Source: a virus
Taxonomy: Duplodnaviria > Caudoviricetes
IMG/VR virus record: IMGVR_UViG_3300012145_000008
Location: 1-26,520 of that record
Reading direction: 5' to 3' (one strand)
DNA length: 26,520 nt
This document shows, piece after piece, positions 1 through 8,819 of this stretch (the first letter of the stretch is position 1; the number at the start of each line of letters is the position of its first letter). A program made the position numbers and the translations under genes. The notes beneath the pieces were generated by a model. It made no database searches, had not been told where the DNA came from, and saw only the letters and a list, made by a program, of their open reading frames with translations.

Positions 1-621
1 TCCTTGATCAAAGCTGACTGATAGACTTTTAGCTTTTACCGCTGACGCTCCAGTCAGTCCTCCAGCTGTCTCAGCTAGTTTGACAGTAATGTCTCGAGCG
101 ATCCAGTCGTACTCAGTATCGTAACTCGGAGTATCTGAGTTGCTGGCACTGGTTGAGGCGATAAAGCTGGCGGTAAATCGTACATAATCATCGATCGCCG
201 CTGAGATCTCAAGAGATGAGATCATTGCGTTAGCGTATACAGATTGCTGGACTGAGCCATCTTTTGCGAATAGAGTCAGAGATTGATGTTGGATGTTTTG
301 CTTAAGGTTAAACACGTGAGAGAAAGCCTCCTCAGCTGTTACCTCAGTTGTCACCGCTAGACCATACAAGTTAGCAAACAAAAATCCGATCATATCAGCA
401 TGAGCGATACCCTCCATATCTCCCTCGATGTACCGTTGTACAACTCGACGTCCCTCACCATCCTCCAGGCGTCCTCGAGTAGTTTCATCAATAGCGTGCA
501 ATGCTCGCTCGACTACGTTAGCAGTCACTTTACGACCCCACTTGTCAGCGGTAGTCTCAGCGGTTCCTCGAGTTGACTCTGTAGCCACTCCGATCTCAAT
601 TTGTCGTCCTATAATTTCCAT
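1..621 (-). CDS. Major tail tube protein (5' part; runs off the window edge)
   Basis: Not in the ORF track. Translated by hand from ATG at 621: MEIIGRQIEIGVATESTRGTAETTADKW...IEGDMEG...FSHVFNLKQNIQHQSLTLFAKDGSVQQSVYANAMISSLEISAAIDDYVRFTASF, open for 207 codons to base 1. The 'IGVA.E.TRGTA' start and the position after the neck genes fit siphovirus tail tube proteins. Confidence 0.8.
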   Translation of the reverse strand, partial: MEIIGRQIEIGVATESTRGTAETTADKWGRKVTANVVERALHAIDETTRGRLEDGEGRRVVQRYIEGDMEGIAHADMIGFLFANLYGLAVTTEVTAEEAFSHVFNLKQNIQHQSLTLFAKDGSVQQSVYANAMISSLEISAAIDDYVRFTASFIASTSASNSDTPSYDTEYDWIARDITVKLAETAGGLTGASAVKAKSLSVSFDQG

Positions 622-675
622 AAGCAATTTTTAATATAAATCTCTGATAATTTATTACCATAATAATACCACACC

Positions 676-1104
676 CTAGACGTTAACAAGGAGCTTAATC
701 TGGAGCGAGAGGGGAGCATAAGCGACCAGAGCCTTATCCTCCTCCGACAGTTGCCATGACGCCGCTGAGTCAATCAGTACTCTGACTCGATGACCATCAA
801 TAACTCCCTGGTCCCAGTCAGCGTTAAACTTCTCGATGATGTTATCGACAACCGAGGGGAGTACCTCAGTAAACGCTTTCTCAGCTGAGCCTCCGGTACC
901 CTCAGCGGATACCAGTACAATCATTAAAAAGTTGTACACCGTTTCATTTTCTTGACCAGTGTGAAACTCATTAGAAAATCCATCCGGCTTAAAAAATACG
1001 TGAGGGTACGATGTGATATTAGCTCCCGGGACGTTACTAAAAGAGGCGACTCCGGTTGTAGCTGTCAGCGATGCTTTTATTTTTTGGATTAAAGTTTCGT
1101 ACAT
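676..1104 (-). CDS. Putative tail terminator / tail completion protein
   Basis: 142 aa with a 'YPHVFF' motif, directly upstream of the tail tube gene, the usual terminator position. Call is by synteny. Confidence 0.55.
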   Translation of the reverse strand: MYETLIQKIKASLTATTGVASFSNVPGANITSYPHVFFKPDGFSNEFHTGQENETVYNFLMIVLVSAEGTGGSAEKAFTEVLPSVVDNIIEKFNADWDQGVIDGHRVRVLIDSAASWQLSEEDKALVAYAPLSLQIKLLVNV

Positions 1105-1109
1105 ATGTA

Positions 1110-1568
1110 TTAACTAGCGAGATCATTTGTGATATCTCTAAGCATATCACGCTCGAGCTTTTGGATCTCACTATCTTTATCCTCCTTGACGTACTCGAGC
1201 CATGGTCGAGCCTTGAGTCCTCGATCAGATCCATCATGTACCGCCGCCGCATACGGAGCGGCATCCTCATTAGGACCGATCATCGCTCTCAAAGCCTGGA
1301 TATCAGTGACGTGAGTATCCCGGAGATTACCAGATCGAGCCTTTTGAGATTTCTTATTTCGCTTATTCTGGTATCGAGGATCGTTACTTACTGGAGCTCC
1401 TCCTCCTTTACCACCAACTCTCCAGGGATCATTTATAATCCCCGACCGATACACCGCCATCGAGCGGACGAGATACGTTTGAGCTGACTTTTTTATCTTG
1501 TCTGGATGACGTTTGACCGCCATCTTGAGCTCCTTGAGTCCTATGATCTTTATGTTTTGATCAGCCAT
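1110..1568 (-). CDS. HK97 gp10-like neck/tail component
   Basis: Motifs IKIIGLKEL, RSGNLRDT, IGPN..AAPYAAAVHDG and ARPWL are typical of the HK97-gp10 family. Confidence 0.8.
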   Translation of the reverse strand: MADQNIKIIGLKELKMAVKRHPDKIKKSAQTYLVRSMAVYRSGIINDPWRVGGKGGGAPVSNDPRYQNKRNKKSQKARSGNLRDTHVTDIQALRAMIGPNEDAAPYAAAVHDGSDRGLKARPWLEYVKEDKDSEIQKLERDMLRDITNDLAS

Positions 1569-1635
1569 ATATAAAAGTATACCACTCCTCTCTCCCCCGT
1601 CGACGTGTGTCTCGAAATCACTCCCCCGGACCCTC

Positions 1636-2244
1636 TTACCGGACAGCGAGAAGGAGAGGGGAGACCCCCTCGATATCTGATATAGCCTTATTTAAAGCCA
1701 TATTTGCACTCCCCCAGCAATATCGAGAGGCATCCCAGGGAGTAACGCCCTCAGTATCATAAAGGTACTCAGCATAAGCGAGATTACCCTCAAGCGTATC
1801 AATATCCCATCCGAGATTACTCGCCGGCTCTCGATGATATGACGCCATCAGTTGCATCGCTCCCGTTGCTGAGCTGTTTGGATTACTCAGTGGCTCCCCC
1901 GTATATGGATCCCATTGTCGAAACGTCGACTCACACTCAGCGATCTTAATCAGCACCGGCTTATCCTGGTACGTCAGTCGTACAAAGTCCTCGACTATAT
2001 TATTAAGAGCCTCGATGAGCGGACAGTCAGCAAGGCATGTAACTCCAGGCGGTAACGGCTCCGGCTCAGTGACACTCGTCGAGGTTGCGAGGATCAAAGG
2101 CTCCGGAGCCGGGAGTAAAGCCGGCTCGTCATCCACTGGAGGAGTCACCGGTTGAGTAACCGTCGTCGACGGCATAAATAAAATGATTGAAAGTATAAAG
2201 AGTCCGACCGCTATAGCGACAGCTCGTTTTATATTGAGGATCAT
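1636..2244 (-). CDS. Membrane-anchored lytic transglycosylase (SLT/lysozyme-like)
   Basis: N-terminal hydrophobic helix, Pro/Thr-rich linker, then IAECES (catalytic Glu), SSATGAMQL, 'NLAYAEYLY' and 'G..PW..S..CW'. Confidence 0.75.
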   Translation of the reverse strand: MILNIKRAVAIAVGLFILSIILFMPSTTVTQPVTPPVDDEPALLPAPEPLILATSTSVTEPEPLPPGVTCLADCPLIEALNNIVEDFVRLTYQDKPVLIKIAECESTFRQWDPYTGEPLSNPNSSATGAMQLMASYHREPASNLGWDIDTLEGNLAYAEYLYDTEGVTPWDASRYCWGSANMALNKAISDIEGVSPLLLAVR

Positions 2245-2561
2245 TGTGTAAGTGTTACGACGAGCTCGAGATGAGCGTTCTCTCCGACAGCGTTTTTCTG
2301 TATCTGTTGTACGTTGTACGTCCCGGCATAGTTACCGACAGCGACAGTCAGCTTGTCTCCCTCAGTGACATCAGTACCGAGCGGACACCATATCGAGAAT
2401 ACTTTACTCCAGGTCTCTCCGATCGACTCAGCTGTCTGAGGAGCGGCTTGCTGGACGTGACCACTAAAAGTAATCCCGGCGGTCTCACTCGACGTCATCC
2501 CGGCCCAGACCATCCTAGTAACAGATACCGACTCAGTAAATAATCGAGAGATACTAGACAT
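2241..2561 (-). CDS. Head-closure (head-tail adaptor) protein
   Basis: Likely start is MSSISRLF at ATG 2561, one base after the upstream stop. 'DVTEGDKLTV...YNVQQI...HLELVV' fits SPP1 gp16-like head closure proteins. Confidence 0.7.
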   Translation of the reverse strand: MSSISRLFTESVSVTRMVWAGMTSSETAGITFSGHVQQAAPQTAESIGETWSKVFSIWCPLGTDVTEGDKLTVAVGNYAGTYNVQQIQKNAVGENAHLELVVTLTQ

Positions 2562-2562
2562 A

Positions 2563-3189
2563 TTATAAGTAGTATCTTTTATAACCGTTGAGGATATCCA
2601 TCGCTCGAGCAAAATCGCCCCAGCTGTCACGTCCGTCCTCTGAGTTGTATGAAACTTGATAGTTACCTATCCTCTCAGATTTAACACTACTCCCTCCCTG
2701 TTTTTGTTGGTTTACGATACCAAAAGCAAAAACTGTAGCGGCAAACTGGATATCTTTAGGGACCGCCACTGAGTATCCCCATTTGGCAGTAATACGATGA
2801 TTTTGCATCCCAGTAGTAAAGAGACGATCCCGGAGAAGTATTTTAGTTACTGGCTTTTCTTTAGAGACGTGATTAGCTGGCTCAGTAAAATATCGGTTAC
2901 TACCAGTATCCGGGACAGTAACAAACGATCCTCCAAAGTCATCAAGTCCGACCTCGACAAGTGTGATCTCGATAGCGTCATCGATTACGAGAGCTCTGTC
3001 ACCTTGACCATTAAACATCCGATCACTAGCCTCACTATCTGCTATAAAGTTTCTCCCGGTCTCAGTATCAATAATATCCTCAACACCCTCAATCCAGGCG
3101 TCTAACTGAGAACTAGCGAAAGTGGCATTAATATCGATAAGTCCAAAGTTTTCTATATTTGTTTTATTTGTGTATCCTTTAGCTGACAT
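2563..3189 (-). CDS. Head-tail connector (gp6/gp15-like)
   Basis: Motifs IDTETGRNF, ITAKWGYSVAVPKDIQFAA and VKSERIGNYQVSY are characteristic of head-tail connectors. Confidence 0.8.
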   Translation of the reverse strand: MSAKGYTNKTNIENFGLIDINATFASSQLDAWIEGVEDIIDTETGRNFIADSEASDRMFNGQGDRALVIDDAIEITLVEVGLDDFGGSFVTVPDTGSNRYFTEPANHVSKEKPVTKILLRDRLFTTGMQNHRITAKWGYSVAVPKDIQFAATVFAFGIVNQQKQGGSSVKSERIGNYQVSYNSEDGRDSWGDFARAMDILNGYKRYYL

Positions 3190-3208
3190 ATGAATTTATT
3201 GTAGCACA

Positions 3209-3535
3209 TCACCAAAACAACCAACTAACAAGGCGCACAACTGTGTAAAACGTGTAGCGGCGTATCAAGTTAGCTCCGTACATCTCCATGTGGCGTAGAT
3301 ACTCATCATCTGCGTCCTTACGAGTGCCGATATTGTATCTATACGTAAAATCATGAAGCAAAGCAGCGTACATGTCGTAGCTGTAGGCGTTGAGAAAGCC
3401 GCTAAGGACTACTCCTAGGCTGTGCCCGTCAAAGACAAAGCCTTTAGGTACAACAAGAACCGTCCCGTCAGATAGAGTAAACGGTTGGTCTTGTGTCGTT
3501 ATCCAGTGTCTACCTGATGGGATTAGTGGGGTCAC
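3209..3535 (-). CDS. DUF1353-family protein
   Basis: VPKGFVFDGHS, AALLHDFTY, RKDADDEY and 'YTVVRL' match the DUF1353 pattern. Confidence 0.8.
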   Translation of the reverse strand: MTPLIPSGRHWITTQDQPFTLSDGTVLVVPKGFVFDGHSLGVVLSGFLNAYSYDMYAALLHDFTYRYNIGTRKDADDEYLRHMEMYGANLIRRYTFYTVVRLVSWLFW

Positions 3536-3582
3536 GTTAGATTACTGCTGCTTTATCTGTGTCCAATAATACCTTTGTCATA

Positions 3583-3927
3583 TTATTCTTTCCAGCCAGC
3601 TTCTGCCCTTAGTTTGGTGGTATCCGCTTCTAGCTGAGCGTCAAGTTCTGCAAACCGTTTCCGCACCACAGCTTTTCCGTGGTCGATTGCTGATATGGGG
3701 TTATCAATCTCAGTAGTCAGAGTGTAGGTTACATCTACAGTTCCGTCCTCGTGTGTGAATTTCTTTACATCGGTTGCTCCTGCAACTGCCCAGTCATCTG
3801 CAATATCAGTAGCTGTTTTTTTTGTGACAGAATCTACTTTAGCTTTGTAGCCTGATGCTAGTGCAGTATCAAGATGGATAGCTTCTTCGGTTCGTCCTGT
3901 TCGTAGTTCAATTGTTAATGTTGACAT
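3583..3927 (-). CDS. Hypothetical protein (fibre island)
   Basis: 114-aa ORF, tightly packed with neighbours, AT-rich start context. Confidence 0.65.
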   Translation of the reverse strand: MSTLTIELRTGRTEEAIHLDTALASGYKAKVDSVTKKTATDIADDWAVAGATDVKKFTHEDGTVDVTYTLTTEIDNPISAIDHGKAVVRKRFAELDAQLEADTTKLRAEAGWKE

Positions 3928-3929
3928 AA

Positions 3930-4067
3930 TTATTTATTAGGTGTGATAACTTCTTCTGCTACCGTCAGTGCCTCTAGTGCTTGCTTTACCGTTACGTGGT
4001 CTTTGTAGCTCAGTGAGATACTCTCGGTCACGTTGGTAAGGATTTGAATTGCTTGTTCGTTTGTCAT
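3930..4067 (-). CDS. Small hypothetical protein, 45 aa (possible fibre chaperone)
   Basis: Translated by hand: MTNEQAIQILTNVTESISLSYKDHVTVKQALEALTVAEEVITPNK*. It fills the gap between 4073 and 3927 almost exactly. Confidence 0.65.
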   Translation of the reverse strand: MTNEQAIQILTNVTESISLSYKDHVTVKQALEALTVAEEVITPNK

Positions 4068-4072
4068 ATATT

Positions 4073-5746
4073 TTATGCTATTGAGTAATCTATAAGCGTG
4101 ATTATTTTCGTAGTTCCTCCGACATTCACTTTAAGCATAATGTCTCCTGCATCGCCAGAGCCAACTCCCGAACTCACCCACTGTACACTGTTCCCTGCGT
4201 CTGGGTCTGCTGGGTCAGAGGATAGTGGTTGTTGTGTGATAGCCCCTGCTACTTGGAGTTTGGTGTCGGGAGCCGTCGTCCCGATGCCGACGTTGCCATA
4301 AAATGCTGCGCTCCTATCGATATTCAAATCCATAATTGCACCCGCAACACCACCTGAAGTTGTTTTATTATTATTGAATCTGAACTTTGTTAGGCCTCCA
4401 CCAGTCTGGTTAATATTAAATTGCCAAGCAGTATTCGCTTGATTCATTTCTGCGTTTGCTGACTCCCTAGCAAATTTCCATTTTAGCCCCCAAGTGTCGC
4501 TATTTTCTATATAAGCATTACCACCAGAATCTGTTAATTTTAATCCAATACCACTAGTTCTAATATCTAATTTTCCACCAGGATTATTCGCCCCGATGCC
4601 GACGTTGCCGTTGGCTGCCACAAACACACCTTCGTCACCTCCATCTCCTGAAAGATAGTTACCATTAAGAGCAATGTTACCTGTCATTGTGCCTCCTGCT
4701 TTAGGTAATGCGTTGTCTGCTGTAGTTCCTTGGGCTGCGGTTGCGAAGTCACTAGCCTTACTGCTACTGTCTTTAATTAGTTTGCCTGTAGTCGTATCAA
4801 ATGCGGCGAAGTTATTGTTTACGGCTGAGGCTGGGCCAGTAACTTTAAGCGACACCTGAGCCTGTAGCTTACCAATCGCCACTAGAATAGTATCAGCCGC
4901 TACTACAGCGGTGCTGGTAGCAGTAGAGAGTCCAGTTAGTACAGTAGCTCTTACGGTAGCTACAAAGTCTGAGATGGTTGCAGCTAGTTGTGTGCCTGTG
5001 TGGTTGGCACGAGCAAGAAGAGTTGCGTTAGTGCTGTTGGCTGTGGCTCCGTCAACCACGTTCAATGCAGCAAGTAATGCTGACTTTGTAATTGTGCCCA
5101 AAAGACCAACCACAGATTGTACTGCGTCAGTCTGGTCTTTCTTTACCCAGTTGGCAGCGTAAGTGCTAGTTGAAGCATCATCTACTTTAGCAATAATACT
5201 GTCACCAACAGCAAAAGCTATGCTGTCTACTGTTCCGGCTACAGACACGTTGTAAAACCAACCAATTTGAGCTGAACCGCTGCCTGGGAATGTTCCTGCT
5301 GAAGCATCCCAATCACCTTTGTACACCATCCCGTTTACAAGGGCAGCAATATCACTCTCCATCGTGTCGAGGTTGACTGCCTGGGTGACTGTAATGTGAC
5401 CAACTTTGGTAGCGTCTGCACTTGGGTAGGTAACCTTGGCGTTGTTAGTTGTCTGATTAGCTTCGCTGTAAGTGTCTAGCTTTGTCTTGTCACCGTTTAC
5501 AAATGCACCTTCACTTGGAGGTTGTTGAGCTGAGTCTGCCTTTCCTAAAGATAGACGAATTGCCGCACTTACTTTGGCGTCAGTGACGGCATCGTCTTCG
5601 ATTCTGGCTGTATTTATTGTTATTAAATCAGCTATTAGCTGGACCGGAAATCTTACGTCTGTTGACAAATTTTTAACAGCGTATACTTGCTCTGTTCCGT
5701 CGATAGTAATTAAAGGAGTGGGGATTTTATCAATTAAATTACTCAT
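4073..5746 (-). CDS. Fibre/adhesin-like virion protein (mosaic)
   Basis: Likely start MSNLIDKIP at ATG 5746, behind TGCTATAAT. Contains a YKGDWDA...GWFYNVSVAGT...GDSII module, the fibre repeat RANHTGTQ, LPKAGGTMTG and two GNVGIG repeats. Confidence 0.7.
   Translation of the reverse strand: MSNLIDKIPTPLITIDGTEQVYAVKNLSTDVRFPVQLIADLITINTARIEDDAVTDAKVSAAIRLSLGKADSAQQPPSEGAFVNGDKTKLDTYSEANQTTNNAKVTYPSADATKVGHITVTQAVNLDTMESDIAALVNGMVYKGDWDASAGTFPGSGSAQIGWFYNVSVAGTVDSIAFAVGDSIIAKVDDASTSTYAANWVKKDQTDAVQSVVGLLGTITKSALLAALNVVDGATANSTNATLLARANHTGTQLAATISDFVATVRATVLTGLSTATSTAVVAADTILVAIGKLQAQVSLKVTGPASAVNNNFAAFDTTTGKLIKDSSSKASDFATAAQGTTADNALPKAGGTMTGNIALNGNYLSGDGGDEGVFVAANGNVGIGANNPGGKLDIRTSGIGLKLTDSGGNAYIENSDTWGLKWKFARESANAEMNQANTAWQFNINQTGGGLTKFRFNNNKTTSGGVAGAIMDLNIDRSAAFYGNVGIGTTAPDTKLQVAGAITQQPLSSDPADPDAGNSVQWVSSGVGSGDAGDIMLKVNVGGTTKIITLIDYSIA
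4280..4609. repeat. 18-bp direct repeat CCCGATGCCGACGTTGCC (4280-4297 and 4592-4609), encoding GNVGIG on the minus strand
   Basis: Two identical copies read directly from the sequence, flanking an AT-richer insert. Confidence 0.85.
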
Positions 5747-5753
5747 ACAAAAA

Positions 5754-5930
5754 TTATAGCATAAAACTAAAGTCACTATTATCCATAAATAGCATGTCAC
5801 TATTATCCATAAATAAGAAATCCACAGTAAAGCAAATCGGAGTATAAGGAGTTACTTGATCAGTATATGGAGTTACTTTATCAGTATATGGCGAGGTTTT
5901 ATCTATATATATTTGTAAACAATCAGACAT
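5754..5930 (-). CDS. Small repetitive protein, 58 aa
   Basis: Translated by hand: MSDCLQIYIDKTSPYTDKVTPYTDQVTPYTPICFTVDFLFMDNSDMLFMDNSDFSFML*. The tandem DNA repeats have periods of 21 and 24 nt, both multiples of 3. Confidence 0.65.
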   Translation of the reverse strand: MSDCLQIYIDKTSPYTDKVTPYTDQVTPYTPICFTVDFLFMDNSDMLFMDNSDFSFML

Positions 5931-5942
5931 TTTTTTTATTAA

Positions 5943-6356
5943 TTACTGGGGATTTCTCCATATGTCCCGGAGGACCGCCACGGATTTCCGTAACTTTTTG
6001 AAAATACGACGGACGTAAAGGGAGATCCGAGTAAACTCGCTCTCCGGTTCGTCTGTCGATGTAGGTGTATTTTCGCATATATCTCGATCCTCTGGATCAT
6101 CCCACTCAGCCTCCTCCTCTGGAGAGACTTCTCCCCACTGAGGTTCCTTTGTGAAAGTGTACCGGACTATCCCTTGCTCAGTTTTGACCTCGCCTTTTAC
6201 GACGAGAGCTGACAAGTTCTGTCTTAGTAATAATAATACCATATCATCCAGGACATCGACGATAATTTTCTCATCAGAGTAAAACTCCATCACTCCAAAG
6301 ACGTCATTGATCTTATACTCCCATCCCTCCTCGACTTTTTTCTCTTGGAAAATCAT
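5943..6356 (-). CDS. Hypothetical protein
   Basis: 137-aa ORF with TGATATCAT 6 nt upstream of the ATG. Confidence 0.65.
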   Translation of the reverse strand: MIFQEKKVEEGWEYKINDVFGVMEFYSDEKIIVDVLDDMVLLLLRQNLSALVVKGEVKTEQGIVRYTFTKEPQWGEVSPEEEAEWDDPEDRDICENTPTSTDEPESEFTRISLYVRRIFKKLRKSVAVLRDIWRNPQ

Positions 6357-6382
6357 AACTGTATGATATCACACTCAGACAC

Positions 6383-6420
6383 AATAAAAGCCCCCGGTTC
6401 CCACACCGAGGACTTTTATT
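6383..6420 (-). terminator. Intrinsic terminator after the major capsid gene (possibly bidirectional)
   Basis: Minus strand AATAAAAGTCCTCGGT-GTGGGA-ACCGGGGGCTTTTATT: a stem with G-U pairs and a U-rich tail. Confidence 0.75.
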
Positions 6421-6437
6421 ACATCAGAGTCTTAGGA

Positions 6438-7808
6438 TTAAGACGCCGCTGTTGTCAGCTTAGTGACCGCTGACGGGATGACAGTAATGTATCCCACTCG
6501 CTGAGTCCATCGGATCGCCTCTCGATCAGTTGTAAGCAAGTTGATATCAGCATTGTCAGCCACGTTCCGCACCTCACCGGCATCGAATCGCTTGACCTTA
6601 AGAGCTCCCTTGTACCCAAAGATACAAGCCTTTCGGAGATCTCCAAACAATACAAACGATGTATCGACAGCGGTATCAGCGATACCAGGCATAGCCTCAA
6701 CCAGTACAGTCGGGTATCCCCAGATTGTAGCCGGTCCAGACTGAGACGGAGCTTGATAAATGAAAGCTCCAGCACCATCAGCCGCCGTGACAGCATCCTC
6801 TCGGAGCTTACGCACAACAGACATAATAGTACGATGGAGGTAATACTTAGCATTACCCAAAGCTCCAGATGGAGTTTTGTCTACCATGTCAATCAAGTCC
6901 TCAGCTTTCATACTCGCAAAAGTAGTACCAGCTAGAGTAACCTCATTAACTCCAGACGCTGAAAGGAGTCCAGTGAAACCACCAAACGCCGCTGATCCAG
7001 TTCCTGTAAAGAAAGCCTGGTCCTCAGCTCGAGCGAATCCCTCAGCGACACGTGACGCCATAAATGAGATAAGATCGATTTCAGTATCCTCCAACAGCTC
7101 AGACGTCATAGTCACGATCGCTCCCAATTTCTTAAGAGTTAGCGTTTCTTGACCGAGTACAGCTTGAGTTGAGTTAACAACCGCTCCCTCGTCTACCCAG
7201 TAAACAGTTACGTCAGTGACGAGATCGTTTACTTTGTATGAGCCTTTAGTAAGTTGGACACTTTCCATCTCACGTCGAGCAACACCGTACTCAGTCATCA
7301 AGTGTCGGATCTCAGCTGAAAGCTCAGAGTCAACAGTGTAACCAGCGTACGGAGATCCCGTATCGTCAGACGTCATCTCTTTGATAAGAGACAAGTCACC
7401 GGCTACGATACCAGAGACAGTCTTACGCAAAGTGCTGTTAAGCTCTTTACGTTTCGCTTGTACGTCCGGATGGTACGCACCAGCCTTACTAGCCATGAGC
7501 TCTTTTTGCTCAGCCATGTAAGTCGCTAGATCTCCCTTAAGAGATTTTTCTAGCCGCTTTCCCTCTCGAGCAAACAGAGCCTTGATACCTTTCTCGACGG
7601 CATCACCGTCAGCATCATCCTCGTCCGCTTGAGCCTCAGCCTCCTCAGCCGTTTCCGGTAAGTCAGCAACCGCCTCAGCCGCCTCAGCGACCTCAGCTTG
7701 ATCTTCGCCATCGAGAGCTTTTAGCATCTCAACAGCTTTCGCTTTTTCTACCTCAGTAGCGTAACCACGCTCAGTCAAGGATTTCAAAAACTTTAGAAAC
7801 TTAGTCAT
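6438..7808 (-). CDS. Major capsid protein, HK97 fold
   Basis: GYTVDSELSAEI, YWVDEG, TLKKLGAIVTMTSELLED, AEDQAFFTGTG, TIWGYP and VLFGDL are HK97 capsid motifs; the N-terminus is a helical delta/scaffold region. Confidence 0.95.
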   Translation of the reverse strand: MTKFLKFLKSLTERGYATEVEKAKAVEMLKALDGEDQAEVAEAAEAVADLPETAEEAEAQADEDDADGDAVEKGIKALFAREGKRLEKSLKGDLATYMAEQKELMASKAGAYHPDVQAKRKELNSTLRKTVSGIVAGDLSLIKEMTSDDTGSPYAGYTVDSELSAEIRHLMTEYGVARREMESVQLTKGSYKVNDLVTDVTVYWVDEGAVVNSTQAVLGQETLTLKKLGAIVTMTSELLEDTEIDLISFMASRVAEGFARAEDQAFFTGTGSAAFGGFTGLLSASGVNEVTLAGTTFASMKAEDLIDMVDKTPSGALGNAKYYLHRTIMSVVRKLREDAVTAADGAGAFIYQAPSQSGPATIWGYPTVLVEAMPGIADTAVDTSFVLFGDLRKACIFGYKGALKVKRFDAGEVRNVADNADINLLTTDREAIRWTQRVGYITVIPSAVTKLTTAAS

Positions 7809-7876
7809 AATAATTATGATTAAATCGGATAAATCGTTTTGAGTCCGTAGCTCGTAAGAGGGATCGACTGGGAGTA

Positions 7877-8782
7877 TTACTTTTTAGCTTTGAGGAGTCT
7901 CCGGATGATCGAGTTAAAATCTCGCTTGACCTCGGTACTTTCTCCCTTGAGCATTTTCTCGATTGTATCACGTGCGATCTTTAATTCCATCTCTTGTCGT
8001 CCGTTTAATTTGTGGATAGCTTTAGCATAAAGAGACGTCTTAGTGGGAGCCTTGATCTTTTTCTCTTCTGGGATCTCCGGCTCTTGCTCCTCTGTATCCG
8101 GCTCGACTGTCTCGTCCTCATCCTCTGGAGTCTCAACCTCATCCTCGTCTGGAATTTCAACCTCGTCCTCATCCTCTGGATCGACATCAGTCTCCTCCTC
8201 GTCTGGAGTTTCGATTTCATCCTCAGTCTCATCGTCCTCGTCAATCACTTTGACAACCTTACGGAAATCATCCATCTCGACTCCGATACCTTTAGCGAGA
8301 GTAGCCGCCGCATTAGCTGGGACTGATACCGCTGAAACCTCAAGGAGCTCAGCTGACTTGATTGTATAGTAATCAGTCGATCCGTCTTTTTGCTTATCAA
8401 ACTCAGTCGGGATAAATCCGACAGATGAGGCATGTAAGAAACCGCCGGCGTATAGATCAAAAATGATTTTAGCTTTCGGATTAGCGTCAACCGCAAACTC
8501 CCACGTCTGGAGCATCTTAGATTTTTTACCCTTACCCTCGATCCAGGTCTTAGTCGCTCGAGCGATAACCTCAGTCGCATCGTTATAATTGTGCGAGTTG
8601 AGGATGACTGGATTTTTCTTAAAGTGCTTAAGATCCCATCCGTCCTGGAGGATAGTATCGCCGTGACGGTCGACATCTTGAGACGACGCTACCATTGTAA
8701 GCGTGTACTTCTCTTTATTGATCTCCTTGATTTCGACTGGAAATGAGGTGAGTGATTTTTGTCCGGATTTGATTCTAGGCAT
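7877..8782 (-). CDS. Prohead protease, HK97 family, with a long acidic linker
   Basis: DVDRHGDTI, NPVILNSHN, SSVGFIP and ELLEVSAVSVPAN are standard S78 protease motifs. Confidence 0.92.
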   Translation of the reverse strand: MPRIKSGQKSLTSFPVEIKEINKEKYTLTMVASSQDVDRHGDTILQDGWDLKHFKKNPVILNSHNYNDATEVIARATKTWIEGKGKKSKMLQTWEFAVDANPKAKIIFDLYAGGFLHASSVGFIPTEFDKQKDGSTDYYTIKSAELLEVSAVSVPANAAATLAKGIGVEMDDFRKVVKVIDEDDETEDEIETPDEEETDVDPEDEDEVEIPDEDEVETPEDEDETVEPDTEEQEPEIPEEKKIKAPTKTSLYAKAIHKLNGRQEMELKIARDTIEKMLKGESTEVKRDFNSIIRRLLKAKK

Positions 8783-8819
8783 ACGCTTAATAATTTATAT
8801 CTTTAATAATACCATACGA

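Noticed and set aside
428-634. Plus-strand 68-aa ORF and other short plus-strand ORFs across the structural module
   Set aside because: They are antisense to well-supported minus-strand genes, here the tail tube.
5772-5900. Tandem 20-21-bp repeats considered as a mini-CRISPR or iterons
   Set aside because: There are no unique spacers; periods of 21 and 24 nt fit the 58-aa repetitive ORF.
8005-8676. Alternative-frame ORFs (79 and 143 aa) and Ser-rich antisense ORFs in the protease gene
   Set aside because: They are by-products of the GAG/GAT-rich acidic linker; unlike the MTase case, they contain no meaningful motif.
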